Assembly: GCA_002952755.1 (NCBI GenBank)
Contig: CP025011.1
Location: 630,001-662,000 of the forward strand
Source of the DNA: Candidatus Saccharimonadota bacterium
GTDB lineage: Bacteria; Patescibacteriota; Saccharimonadia; Saccharimonadales; UBA4665
Length of the DNA: 32,000 nt
Direction: 5' to 3'
Below, one piece after another: positions 8,672 to 17,264 of this stretch; positions within the stretch are counted from its first letter, which is position 1; every line of letters starts with the position of its first letter. A program made the position numbers and the translations under genes. A model generated the notes under the pieces. It was not told the origin of the DNA, made no database searches, and saw only the letters and a list, made by a program, of their open reading frames with translations.

Positions 8672-8879
8672 CCTTGGATCAACATACTCCGGTGCATCGA
8701 ACCGAGGTTCGACCTGTTAAGTGGTAGATCGGATGGCTTCCTACCTGCAAGAACGTGCCGAGGCAATCAATAGGACGTAAAAATCACGGTGGAATCTGAG
8801 TTGACGCCCGTTCCCAAGGAACGTCCTTAACCCGGTTAATCCATACATTTGTAAAAAGAGTTTTACCCGCAATTGCCCC

Positions 8880-9344
8880 CTATAGGCTCAAGCCCAGCTG
8901 ACTTATTGCACTCTGCTGCCCGCTAAAAAACGAGTCCCCCGCTTCAAGAGCTATTCGCCAAGCGTTCGTGACCTTAGCTTTCTCTAGCTCCATAGACTCA
9001 AACCAAGCAGGATGAGAAATAGGATTAGCATAGGTAGTGCTGCCCCAAACTGCAATTTCGTATAAGATGGGAACGGCTTTTATACCGTCTGCTGTGAGCG
9101 TATAGATAACCTTACGCTTGTCTTTGGAGTCTTGGGCCTTCGAGATGATGCCTTTTTTTTCTAGGTGAACTAGCCTCTCCGCTAAAACACTCGGACCGAT
9201 ACGCTCCTCAGATGCTAAAAACTCTCCAAAAGTCCTTTTGCCAAATGTTGCCATGTCGCGGTAAATGATCATAGACCACGTATCGCCGAATATTTCTACG
9301 GTGTAGTTAACGGGGCAATCAGATTTGTGATCGGGTCTCTTCAT
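8880..9344 (-). CDS. HxlR family transcriptional regulator
   Basis: CPVNYTVEIFGDTWSMIIYRDMATFGKRTFGEFL...GPSVLAERLVHLEKKGIISK...YTLTADG matches the HxlR wHTH consensus. Confidence 0.85.
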   Translation of the reverse strand: MKRPDHKSDCPVNYTVEIFGDTWSMIIYRDMATFGKRTFGEFLASEERIGPSVLAERLVHLEKKGIISKAQDSKDKRKVIYTLTADGIKAVPILYEIAVWGSTTYANPISHPAWFESMELEKAKVTNAWRIALEAGDSFFSGQQSAISQLGLSL

Positions 9345-9365
9345 AAATACATAGTATCATATTTG

Positions 9366-9382
9366 ACTTTGATAATCAAAGT
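9366..9382. promoter_or_regulatory. Perfect palindrome in divergent hxlR/DHFR-family promoter (candidate HxlR operator)
   Basis: ACTTTGAT-A-ATCAAAGT at 9366-9382. A related imperfect copy, ACTTTAATTATCAAAAT, lies at 9404-9420. Confidence 0.4.
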
Positions 9383-9442
9383 AAGATACACTGGGCGCAG
9401 ATAACTTTAATTATCAAAATAAAAGGGACACCATAAATAGTT

Positions 9443-10054
9443 ATGAGAAAAATAATCGTTCAAGAATTTATTACCTTAGACGGAGTTATGCAGGCACCTG
9501 GTGGACCAGAGGAAGATACGTCAAGTAATTTTAAATACGGCGGCTGGACTGCACCGTATTTTCGCGAAGCTGATGATGCGGCAGTTGATTTTATGCAGAA
9601 ATGGATGGAATCCACCGATATTTTGCTGGGCCGAACAACCTATGAGATTTTCGCTGACTACTGGCCCGGACACGCAGATATGTGGCCGGGTATCAACGAT
9701 GTTACAAAATATGTCGTTTCTGACGTCCCCATGGAGCTTACCTGGCACAACTCGGAACTGATCACGGGTGATGATGTCGTGGCGCAACTCAAAAAGCTTA
9801 AAGATTCAGAGGGTTCTGATATCAAAGTTCACGGCAGTAGTAAAGTAGCCCAGACATTGCTTAAAAATGGCTTAGTTGACGAGCTATGTCTTATGACATT
9901 CCCAATTGTACTCGGCATTGGCAAGCGTTGGTTCGACGAATCCTCTATGCCTGCGGCCTTTACGCTGACAGACAGTGTAGTAACGCCAAATGGTGTCATT
10001 TGTGCCTGCTACAAACGAGCCGGAGAAGTTAAGACGGGCATCGTTAGTGAATAA
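9443..10054 (+). CDS. Dihydrofolate reductase family protein (RibD C-terminal domain type)
   Basis: 203-aa ORF: FITLDGVMQAPGG...LLGRTTYEIFADYWP...IKVHGSSKVAQTLLKNGLVDELCLMTFPIVLGIGKRWF. Confidence 0.85.
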   Translation: MRKIIVQEFITLDGVMQAPGGPEEDTSSNFKYGGWTAPYFREADDAAVDFMQKWMESTDILLGRTTYEIFADYWPGHADMWPGINDVTKYVVSDVPMELTWHNSELITGDDVVAQLKKLKDSEGSDIKVHGSSKVAQTLLKNGLVDELCLMTFPIVLGIGKRWFDESSMPAAFTLTDSVVTPNGVICACYKRAGEVKTGIVSE

Positions 10055-10069
10055 TTACAGGGCACTCCT

Positions 10070-10471
10070 ATGCTACACCTAAAAACTATACGAACAATTG
10101 TCTACCCCACTCGCGACCTTCAGGCCAGCATTAGTGCTTGGTCAAAAATAGGCACTCTTGTACATCAAAATGGTAATTCCGCCACTTTCCTAGGCAAAGA
10201 TGGAATTGATATTCGCTTGAGTCGCTTACCCTGGGTCGACTATCCACTGGTATTTTGGGAAGTTGCAGATATTGAACAAGCCCATGCTAGTATGCTCGAA
10301 GATGGCGCTACCGCTATGGGCGAAGTAGCGGGTGGCATCCTCGATGAAGTTGGGCGACAATCCATTGCCAATGGTGACCCCAAAACGGGCATTATCAGTA
10401 CACCGGGTCGCAAGCTGGCCATATTTAAGTTTGCAGACGGTAATCTTGTGGGCTTATTGCAGGATTTATAG
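10070..10471 (+). CDS. VOC/glyoxalase-like family protein
   Basis: 133-aa ORF 15 nt after the DHFR-family gene. Its size and beta-alpha-beta-like pattern (IVYPTRDLQASISAW...LAIFKFADGNLVGLLQ) resemble glyoxalase/bleomycin-resistance folds. Assignment by eye only. Confidence 0.5.
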   Translation: MLHLKTIRTIVYPTRDLQASISAWSKIGTLVHQNGNSATFLGKDGIDIRLSRLPWVDYPLVFWEVADIEQAHASMLEDGATAMGEVAGGILDEVGRQSIANGDPKTGIISTPGRKLAIFKFADGNLVGLLQDL

Positions 10472-10530
10472 ACGAACTTAAAAACGAGACATTTAATCTC
10501 TGGCTAACGAGCCATGCAGGAGAATAAGAT

Positions 10531-11958
10531 ATGAAACAAGCAATAGAGAGATTTTCAAAAACTGCACCGCGGGTTAGTCTGCAATGGGCGATCCTATGCC
10601 TGGTGCTACTTGCCGACGCACTCGACGTGATCGACGGAACAATTACGAACATCGCAGCCCCCACTATTGCCAATCACTTGGGTGGTGGAGTGGGCCTGAT
10701 CAAATGGCTAGGCCCCGCATATATGCTCGCTATGGGCGTGCTGCTTTTGATAGGCGGACGGTTGGGTGACAAATTTGGCCAACGCAAACTTTTCTTAATG
10801 GGTATGGCTGGGTTCACTCTAGCCTCGGCTGCCGCTGGGTTTTCGCCTGACCCAACACTGCTTATCATCGCCCGGGTTGCTCAGGGAGCGTTCGGAGCGC
10901 TCCTTCTTCCTCAAGGTATGGCGATTATGACGAAAGCGTTCAGTCCTGAAATGCTTGCCAAGGCGTTTGGGCTGTTTGGCCCGGTGCTTGGGGTTTCCAG
11001 TGTTATCGGCCCGGTCTTGGCCGGTTTCATCATCAGTGCTAATATGTTTGGGTTGTCCTGGCGTCCGATTTTCCTCATAAATCTCATTCTTGGCGTTATC
11101 GGGCTGGGTATAGCTCACAAAATTTTACCACGTGATAACGGTGATCGCTCTGTCGTCATCGATGGCTGGGCCTCTGGCCTGTTAGCGGGTGCTATGTTTG
11201 GGCTACTGTATGGGCTAATTCAGGGTTCGACCGACGGCTGGGGCGGTGTTCCCATCGCCTCGATTATCATCGGCGTGTTGTTTTTCGCTGCTTTCGTTTA
11301 CCGTCAGCACACCGCCGATCACCCGCTCATCAAGCCTTCGCTGCTTAAGAAGCGGGGATTTACTTCCGGAATGCTAGTGGGGCTGGTCTCATTTGCTGCT
11401 GCCACAGGCCTAATTTTCGTGTTGTCACTGTTCCTGCAGGAGGGATTGCACGTGAGTGCCCGGAACACTTCGCTGAGTCTAGTACCGGTCACCGTAGGGC
11501 TCATTGGAGCTACTTTTGCCGCCATGGGCGGTCTGGTTACGAAACTCGGTCGCAAGCTTGTCTTCATTGGCCTGGCTGTTGCCATAGCCGGTTGTGCGGG
11601 AGTCCTGGCGCTTGTTAATCATTTTGGTACAAATGTTCACCTCTTGGCCCTCGCTCCGGCGTTCATTGTCATCGGAATCGGCACGGGGCTTTGCTTTACT
11701 ACGATACCCACTGTCGCGCTCGGCGACGCAACGCCGGAAGAAGCTGGCAGCGCCAGTGGCTCGCTCAGTTCAATTCAGCAACTATCTTCAGCGATTGGTT
11801 CAGCCGCGGTGACGTCAGTCTTCTTTGGGGCGGCAAGCTCGGGCATGGCTCACGCCATGAAAGTGACGCTTATCGTCGTCTTAGCTGCCATTATTTTCAG
11901 CTTCCCGTTTGTCTTCCTCATGCCGCATAAAGCACCGGCGGGGCCTCCTGGCGAGTAG
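10531..11958 (+). CDS. MFS transporter, DHA2 (EmrB/QacA-like, 14-TMS) drug:H+ antiporter type
   Basis: 475-aa highly hydrophobic ORF. MFS motif A-like GGRLGDKFGQRKLFL sits after TM2, and the length fits 14 TMS. AGGAG Shine-Dalgarno lies upstream. Confidence 0.85.
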   Translation: MKQAIERFSKTAPRVSLQWAILCLVLLADALDVIDGTITNIAAPTIANHLGGGVGLIKWLGPAYMLAMGVLLLIGGRLGDKFGQRKLFLMGMAGFTLASAAAGFSPDPTLLIIARVAQGAFGALLLPQGMAIMTKAFSPEMLAKAFGLFGPVLGVSSVIGPVLAGFIISANMFGLSWRPIFLINLILGVIGLGIAHKILPRDNGDRSVVIDGWASGLLAGAMFGLLYGLIQGSTDGWGGVPIASIIIGVLFFAAFVYRQHTADHPLIKPSLLKKRGFTSGMLVGLVSFAAATGLIFVLSLFLQEGLHVSARNTSLSLVPVTVGLIGATFAAMGGLVTKLGRKLVFIGLAVAIAGCAGVLALVNHFGTNVHLLALAPAFIVIGIGTGLCFTTIPTVALGDATPEEAGSASGSLSSIQQLSSAIGSAAVTSVFFGAASSGMAHAMKVTLIVVLAAIIFSFPFVFLMPHKAPAGPPGE

Positions 11959-12017
11959 ACGCTGTCCAGTCGTGAATGCGCTAGCGCTTGGTTCGGGGAA
12001 ATCACAAAAGTGAACCT

Positions 12018-12530
12018 CTACGGCCTCCCGGCCGTAGCATCACTCTAGTTCAAGCGTGGCTTGTCCGCTGTCTTCTCGGCCTTGTTGTTCAATGTAGCGT
12101 CGGACTACGCTTTCGTTCACGCCAACAGTGGAGATAAAGTAGCCCACGGACCAAATACCGTCAAAGCCCCAATAGACCTTGCCGAGAAATGGAAACTTAG
12201 CCCGCATGTCACGAGCGGTATTGGCCTTAATCAGTGAGACTGCTTGGCTGAGGGCTGGTTTGGGTGCGACACTCAGCAAGATGTGAGCATGGTCTTGATC
12301 AGTGTTTGCCTCGTGAATGACAATCTCAGGATGGTGTCGCTGGACTTCCAGAATCTTGAGCTTGAGATAGTCGGCCATACCACTCGTGAAAATCTTGCGT
12401 CGGTATTTGGTTGAGATGACAAGGTGGTAGCGAGTGTAGAAGACAGCGTGACCGAGTCGGTTATATTGCATACGCTCAGTGTACAAGAGAAGACTGTGGA
12501 GGGGCTACATCCACGGCCTACCGGCCGTGG
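12018..12530 (-). mobile_element. IS200/IS605-family element (tnpA only, IS200 type), copy 1
   Basis: The tnpA gene is flanked by near-identical subterminal hairpins: CTACGGCC-tccc-GGCCGTAG (12018-12037) and CCACGGCC-tacc-GGCCGTGG (12511-12530). True ends lie somewhat outside these hairpins. Confidence 0.75.
12040..12486 (-). CDS. tnpA: IS200/IS605 family Y1 (HUH) transposase TnpA
   Basis: 148-aa ORF with YHLVISTKYRRKIF, HUH motif DHAHILLSV and catalytic-Tyr region SVGYFISTVG. Confidence 0.9.
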   Translation of the reverse strand: MYTERMQYNRLGHAVFYTRYHLVISTKYRRKIFTSGMADYLKLKILEVQRHHPEIVIHEANTDQDHAHILLSVAPKPALSQAVSLIKANTARDMRAKFPFLGKVYWGFDGIWSVGYFISTVGVNESVVRRYIEQQGREDSGQATLELE

Positions 12531-12728
12531 TATTGCGGTTTAAGAATAAATCGGTCCGCGCAGCGAACATTGCATGGATCACCCTACAGTCATCGGGTTC
12601 GATGGCGGCGGCGCACCCCCTCCAGGAACTTCCGGCGGCCGAGCGGCGAGAACTTCTCGAGCCTTATTAGGGCGAACTTGATCTATCTGCCTAACTCATT
12701 CCAATACCTCCCTGCAATTAATAAACCT

Positions 12729-13215
12729 CCCCGTGGCAAGACCACGGGGTATCATGGGTAGCAGTCAGGTATAACCATTACCAGATGGTTAACTGGCTGG
12801 ACGTTGGTGCTGGCTTGGTCTTTCCTTGGTTTCTGACATAGGCTTCGACGGTGTTCCAATTGCCAGCAGTACTGACGGTGCTGACGTAATAGCCGTCTGA
12901 CCAAAATTCCCCACCCCAGAGATCTTTCTTGAGACTTGGAAATTGCTTGAATAGTTCACGGGCCACATTGGACTTAAAGATACGTACGAACTGACCAATG
13001 CTGTATTTGGGATGGAAGCTAACTGGCAAATGGATGTGATCACCATCCGTACCGATCTGCTCAATGGTCAGTTCATAGCGTAGGCTTATTTCATATGCTG
13101 GCGCCTTACAAGCGGCAGCAATTTCTTCTTGGAGCAACGCTTTTCGATACTTAACCGGAAAGACTGGATGGTAGTGACAATCGTAGGCGCAGTGATTACT
13201 TTGAACCCATTGCAT
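12729..13215 (-). mobile_element. IS200/IS605-family element, copy 2 (upstream end not defined)
   Basis: A second, sequence-divergent tnpA has a downstream hairpin CCCCGTGG-caaga-CCACGGGG (12729-12749). I could not find the matching hairpin upstream of 13215. Confidence 0.6.
12778..13215 (-). CDS. tnpA: IS200/IS605 family Y1 transposase TnpA (divergent second copy)
   Basis: 145-aa ORF with YHPVFPVKYRKALL, HUH-like DHIHLPVSF and SDGYYVSTV. It clearly differs in sequence from copy 1. Confidence 0.8.
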   Translation of the reverse strand: MQWVQSNHCAYDCHYHPVFPVKYRKALLQEEIAAACKAPAYEISLRYELTIEQIGTDGDHIHLPVSFHPKYSIGQFVRIFKSNVARELFKQFPSLKKDLWGGEFWSDGYYVSTVSTAGNWNTVEAYVRNQGKTKPAPTSSQLTIW

Positions 13216-13300
13216 ATCTCCACCCCGTTTCCGTGTAACCCTTGAGCCCTTCTAGCCAAAAGAGGTACCCTACTGTTGCAAAGACAAGGAGGGCACCTCA

Positions 13301-13639
13301 ATGAATAATGCTACGTACTTTTTAAACCAAACACAATATGACTGGCTGGCGCACAAGCTGCCTGAGCCAGTCATAAAGACTAAACATGTTACTCCAAATA
13401 ATGAGCTACTGAATAGCATACTGTTTGTTCTCAAGACCGGCTGCCGCTGGATGGATATACCAAGCTCAGTCTGTAGCCACAACTACAGCTCTTGTTGGCG
13501 CCAACTCAACTACTGGCGGAAGTGCGGCAGGCTTAAGTTGGTATGGCAATGTGTCCTGGTGCTGCTCGACCGACAAGGAACACTTGACCTAAGTCTCGGC
13601 AACCTGGATGGGGATAGTGAACCTATTCCAAACTTTTGA
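13301..13639 (+). pseudogene. Truncated IS5-family transposase (N-terminal DUF4096-like part only)
   Basis: 112-aa ORF: NSILFVLKTGCRWMDIPS...SCWRQLNYWRKCGRLKLVW...LDLSLGNLDGDS matches the N-terminal HTH region and the first-D region of IS5/IS427-group transposases. The remaining DDE domain is absent. AAGGAGGG Shine-Dalgarno lies upstream. Confidence 0.7.
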
Positions 13640-13739
13640 AGATTTTGAATCTGTTAAGGATAAGCAAGCAGACATTGAGGCGGTTCGCCAAGTGCTTGAT
13701 GAAGATGAAGCGGCGCAGATCGGGGAGGCGGTATGTTAA
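13608..13739 (+). pseudogene. 43-codon ORF, either the orphaned 3' end of a truncated upstream gene or a small coupled ORF
   Basis: The frame reads MGIVNLFQTFEDFESVKDKQADIEAVRQVLDEDEAAQIGEAVC*. Its stop overlaps the PLD gene start (GTATGTTAA). The same frame is recognisable at the 3' end of the decayed gene at 4762-5365 (...WLGIVNL[18-nt insert with stop]FQTFEDFESVENTQ...AVRQV). Confidence 0.4.
13610..13694 (+). repeat. Diverged repeat arm B (partner of 4686-4789)
   Basis: See arm A. The shared blocks are GGGGATAGTGAACCT, ATTCCAAACTTTTGAAGA, GAATCTGTT and GTTCGCCAAGTG, in the same order. Confidence 0.7.
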
Positions 13740-14218
13740 GTCGTATCCTCCAATTCCGCAAGTCTGCCGCGCCCGATTTAGTCACATCAAAGCTGTTCAA
13801 TGAAGAGACATTCTATCCGGCTTTTCTGAAGGACCTCAAAAACTGCCAGAGTGAGCTGATTATTGAGTCGCCATTCATAACGAGTAGGCGTTTGAACCAA
13901 CTACTACCGACTTTGGAGAAACTAAAAGCCCGCAAGGTTAGAATTGTTGTTAATACTCGTGACCCTCACGAACATGACGAGGGGTATCATCGGGAAGATG
14001 CGCACCGAGCAATAGCTAAGCTCCAGCATGCGGGTGTCCACGTACTCTACACTGGTGGCCATCATCGTAAGTTAGTCATTGTTGACCGAAAGATTCTGTA
14101 CGAAGGTAGCCATAACGTGCTATCACAGAACGACAGCTCTGAAGTTATGCGCCGGATCGAGTCGGTACAACTTGCCTGGCAGATGATCGGGTTTGTGGGC
14201 TTGGATAAACACTTTTAA
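13733..14218 (+). CDS. PLD-superfamily (single HKD motif) Nuc-like nuclease/phosphodiesterase
   Basis: 161-aa ORF with a complete HKD motif, HRKLVIVDRKILYEGSHN (HxKx4Dx6GSxN). Its size matches single-HKD Nuc-type enzymes that dimerise. No signal peptide. Confidence 0.85.
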   Translation: MLSRILQFRKSAAPDLVTSKLFNEETFYPAFLKDLKNCQSELIIESPFITSRRLNQLLPTLEKLKARKVRIVVNTRDPHEHDEGYHREDAHRAIAKLQHAGVHVLYTGGHHRKLVIVDRKILYEGSHNVLSQNDSSEVMRRIESVQLAWQMIGFVGLDKHF

Positions 14219-14259
14219 TTACGCTGCAAGCTCAAATACATCAATGTTATGCTTAAAGC

Positions 14260-14817
14260 ATGCCTAAGAAACACTTACTTAAGAAGCATAAAAAGAAGCT
14301 AATTGCAGCTGCTGTAGCTGCGGTTACAGTTGCCATTGTCGGCGCAGCCGTGCTTACATCGCGCCCAAAGACTGACGATACCGTCTATCTGCCGCCATCA
14401 CCAACGAAGACGAGCAGCTGTGTCGCCAATGCTGGCATTGAAGATAAGGCCTGTACTCCAGGAGCGGTTATAGTGTCGGCGACGAAAGCTCAAATCTGCA
14501 CGCCCGGCTATTCAAGTTCAGTTCGCAATGTGCCGGAGAGCGAGAAGAATCAAGTGTATGCAGAGTATGGCATTGCCACTCATACAACTGGTCAATATGA
14601 AGTCGATCATCTTATTAGCCTAGAGCTGGGTGGTTCAAACGATATTGCCAACCTCTGGCCAGAACTTGCCAATCCGACGCCTGGCTTCCACCAAAAAGAT
14701 CAGGTCGAGAACTACCTGCATAAGCAGGTCTGTGACGGAAAGCTATCGCTCAAGCAAGCGCAGCAAGAGATTGCTACGGATTGGCTACAAGTATATACCA
14801 CGGCGATCACGCACTAA
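14260..14817 (+). CDS. Membrane-anchored/secreted HNH (His-Me finger) nuclease-like protein
   Basis: 185-aa ORF. A Lys-rich N-terminus is followed by the hydrophobic helix LIAAAVAAVTVAIVGAAVLTS. The HNH core is YEVDHLISLELGGSNDIANLWPE, and Cys pairs lie in the extracytoplasmic part. Confidence 0.7.
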   Translation: MPKKHLLKKHKKKLIAAAVAAVTVAIVGAAVLTSRPKTDDTVYLPPSPTKTSSCVANAGIEDKACTPGAVIVSATKAQICTPGYSSSVRNVPESEKNQVYAEYGIATHTTGQYEVDHLISLELGGSNDIANLWPELANPTPGFHQKDQVENYLHKQVCDGKLSLKQAQQEIATDWLQVYTTAITH

Positions 14818-14945
14818 TGGGGTATGAAATCACGCTAGCACAAACGCAAATAGACAATTACGGTTCAGGAGAGTATAATTGTACTTGGAAGAAAATCCAA
14901 CCGAACACTGCGCCTCGCGCGTGGCGCCCGCAAGGGCTAGGCGTT

Positions 14946-14982
14946 CCACCCTCTGCCGCAAGGTACGGTGGTTTTTCTTTTT
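14946..14982 (+). terminator. Rho-independent terminator after the PLD/HNH pair
   Basis: CCACC (14946-14950)...CCG-caaggta-CGG...GGTGG (14967-14971) is followed by TTTTTCTTTTT (14972-14982). Confidence 0.5.
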
Positions 14983-15576
14983 CTAAAGCTTTTGAATGAT
15001 CCCCTGTTTTTCCAGTTGCCGCTGTAGAGCTTTGTAGCCCCGGCCATCGCTGGCAGCATCCCGCACTAGCCCTGCGATGCGATCGGCTAGCCGTATCAGT
15101 GGTTCGCTTGCATCTCGTGCGCCTCTGATTTTTCTTGATTTTATCCCCAGCTCGCGGAGCTGTTTGCCGACGCGTGTCTCCTCGGCACGTTTGAGTCCGT
15201 CAATGGTGACTGAAACTTTGTAGTTGTCTGTAAGACGATGCTTTGTCCGGTACTGACTAATCGCCTGTGCGATGGCTAGCACGGTTAGCTGCTCATACGC
15301 TCCGGTGCCCGTTTCGGCATATTGGCTATAGAAGAGTTTGTGTTTGAAATCGCCTGCGCCAACTGACTCAAGGTATTGGTTGCGGCTATCCAGGGCAGTT
15401 TTAGCGCGTACCCACTTCTTTTTGCCAATGCCACTTGTTTTCTCGGCTTCTTCTAGGTAGGCGTCCAGTTTATATCTTTCTTCGGCAACTACTACAGTTA
15501 CTACGATAAATAGCTGGCCCTTGGTGTCTTGGCCGGTTTCATCTACGTAGCAATAAAGTTTATGAGGTGAAGACAT
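14983..15576 (-). CDS. DUF3800-like protein
   Basis: 197-aa ORF. N-terminal LYCYVDETGQD followed by a hydrophobic strand (LFIVVTVVV), plus the C-terminal LIRLADRIAGLV, matches my recollection of the DUF3800 pattern (y.DEsG ... l..aD.iag). Function unknown. Confidence 0.5.
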   Translation of the reverse strand: MSSPHKLYCYVDETGQDTKGQLFIVVTVVVAEERYKLDAYLEEAEKTSGIGKKKWVRAKTALDSRNQYLESVGAGDFKHKLFYSQYAETGTGAYEQLTVLAIAQAISQYRTKHRLTDNYKVSVTIDGLKRAEETRVGKQLRELGIKSRKIRGARDASEPLIRLADRIAGLVRDAASDGRGYKALQRQLEKQGIIQKL

Positions 15577-15680
15577 AAGCTAGCTTATTGTACCCTCGCT
15601 TGGGCAGAAAGGGTAGCCTGGAGGATGGGCTATTTATTGTGCTAGATAAGTATTCTGGCCACAATAAAGCGATCGGTCCT

Positions 15681-17264
15681 TTACGGATTAAGCATTGAAA
15701 GCACTGTCTTATGTGTGCATCTATGCGGCATTGTCAATATCCAGAAGGGTATCAGATACTTACGAGACTTTAGCGGTTCTGGCAAGGATTCGTCCATGTT
15801 TTGATTCGATTGCTCGACAAGCTCTTTCCATGATTGGGTTGCATCAGGGAAAGTATCAAGCAGCATGCCTTTGTCGCCAATCCGCCACAGGAGTAAGTCA
15901 TTTGGATTGTCTGCAATGACCTCTTGGTTAGATATTAAGCTAATAAGAAGCCAATGGTGCTCAAGCAGCGGTCGTTGGCCGCTACGCGCTGCGAGCAATA
16001 TCGCTGGCCACAAACAGTAGGCTCTGTTCTGAAAGCTCTCGGTAATCTCGTCCTCGTTCAATGAGAACGACCATTCGGCCGATTGCTTTGAAGTGTAATA
16101 AGGGCTTGGAATGCCTGAGCCTTCGTCGGCATAGCTTGATAGCAGGCCATTGAGTAGCCCAGCTATCTCTATCTCGGCAGGTCGTGTCTGATTTGCGCGC
16201 AACAAGAAGACGATGTAGTTGAAAAGCTGCGGTGTAGAGCTTTCGCCCAGGATTGCTTTGTGTTTCGAGAGCTCTAGCAATTTCTCTGCTAACTCCTTGG
16301 AGAACTTTGGCATGATGGCTTTTGTGGCGCAGTAAATCAGATACCCCGATATATAGCCCATCAGCTCCGTGCAACGCAATTTATGTGTAATTAAACCCTC
16401 GGAAAGAAGGCCGTATGTGCCATCCACAAAAAATTTGGTATCCGCAACGATGTCATCAATCAGTGGGCTAAATACAGCTCCTACTTCGCCTAGAATCGTA
16501 TCTTCGATCAAGGCAACATGGTTATCGGCTATGCTCCAGTCATTAGCAAAGTACAGGATAGTGAGCAAAACCAAAATCCACGCGTTAATGATTTCGATGT
16601 AATTCTCTTGAGTGTATTTGTTGGTAAGAAGGTAGCTACATAAGATGCACGCCGCTTGAAGTGCTTCTAGCCTTTTCTGTTTCGACCTCGAAGAATATGA
16701 GCTAAGCCATTTTTCGAAGAATAATTTAAATTCTTCTCGGTTGAGTGTTTTGTCGCCGTGCTGACAGTATATTTCTAAGAACAGATTGAGATCTTGCGCA
16801 TCCGCAGGAAAGAAACTGCCATAGCCATCAGTAAAACGCTTTACAAGCTCCTCTTTGTCAATTGTCGCTACTCCCATATGACCGTTTGCTTGCTGACGTG
16901 TCGAATAGTCAACAATAGTTCGCTGCACTGGATTTAGGAACGAGCCATTCGTCACCACGTAGCATTTCCATTTATCCGGCGGTGTCTTAAAGGATGAGTG
17001 AACGGGTGGGATCTGAGTTAGATCGTTGATCTGGCCGTTTATTTTGTTCCACTCAGAGGTGCTGATATTGTCGCACTTTAATTGAAAGCAGCAGATTTCG
17101 CCCTGAGGATTTAACGCTATTACGTCTTTACCTTGTTCATCAAGGCCACCACGTGCACGCAGTATCGTATAACCCTCGGTAATTAAAAGTTGCACGAATG
17201 GTGTTGTGAAACTGAGCTCTTTACAGCTAGTCAACCAGTTTTCTACTAGCCTGTTCTGCATCAT
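15681..17264 (-). CDS. Mrr-like PD-(D/E)xK nuclease domain fused to ~400-aa uncharacterised helical region
   Basis: The track ORF 15681-17285 starts at TTG. The first ATG is at 17264 (MMQNR...). The N-terminus LLITEGYTILRARGGLDEQGKDVIALNPQGEICCFQLK fits the Mrr_cat pattern (GY...GG.D.G.D[VI][VI]A ... QxK; D54/Q68/K70 in track numbering). I recognise nothing in the remaining ~400 aa. The start overlaps the 3' end of the upstream gene by 38-59 nt. Confidence 0.6.
   Translation of the reverse strand: MMQNRLVENWLTSCKELSFTTPFVQLLITEGYTILRARGGLDEQGKDVIALNPQGEICCFQLKCDNISTSEWNKINGQINDLTQIPPVHSSFKTPPDKWKCYVVTNGSFLNPVQRTIVDYSTRQQANGHMGVATIDKEELVKRFTDGYGSFFPADAQDLNLFLEIYCQHGDKTLNREEFKLFFEKWLSSYSSRSKQKRLEALQAACILCSYLLTNKYTQENYIEIINAWILVLLTILYFANDWSIADNHVALIEDTILGEVGAVFSPLIDDIVADTKFFVDGTYGLLSEGLITHKLRCTELMGYISGYLIYCATKAIMPKFSKELAEKLLELSKHKAILGESSTPQLFNYIVFLLRANQTRPAEIEIAGLLNGLLSSYADEGSGIPSPYYTSKQSAEWSFSLNEDEITESFQNRAYCLWPAILLAARSGQRPLLEHHWLLISLISNQEVIADNPNDLLLWRIGDKGMLLDTFPDATQSWKELVEQSNQNMDESLPEPLKSRKYLIPFWILTMPHRCTHKTVLSMLNP

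Noticed and set aside
8697-8712. TCGAACC-ga-GGTTCGA hairpin (and GGTTCGATGG near 12593) resembling a tRNA T-arm, considered as a tRNA or tRNA-fragment att site
   Set aside because: The flanking sequence cannot form an acceptor stem or a proper 5-bp T-stem with a 7-nt loop on either strand. No cloverleaf is possible by inspection.
12479-12761. ORFs 12479-12670 and 12570-12761 between the two IS200 copies
   Set aside because: They span the IS-end hairpins and the spacer. They are Arg-rich with no motifs, so most likely non-coding IS terminal sequence.
13733-17264. Interpreting the PLD, HNH and Mrr-like nucleases as parts of a restriction-modification system
   Set aside because: No DNA methyltransferase motifs (for example DPPY/NPPY or FxGxG) were seen in any ORF of the window. 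The three nucleases lie in separate transcription units.
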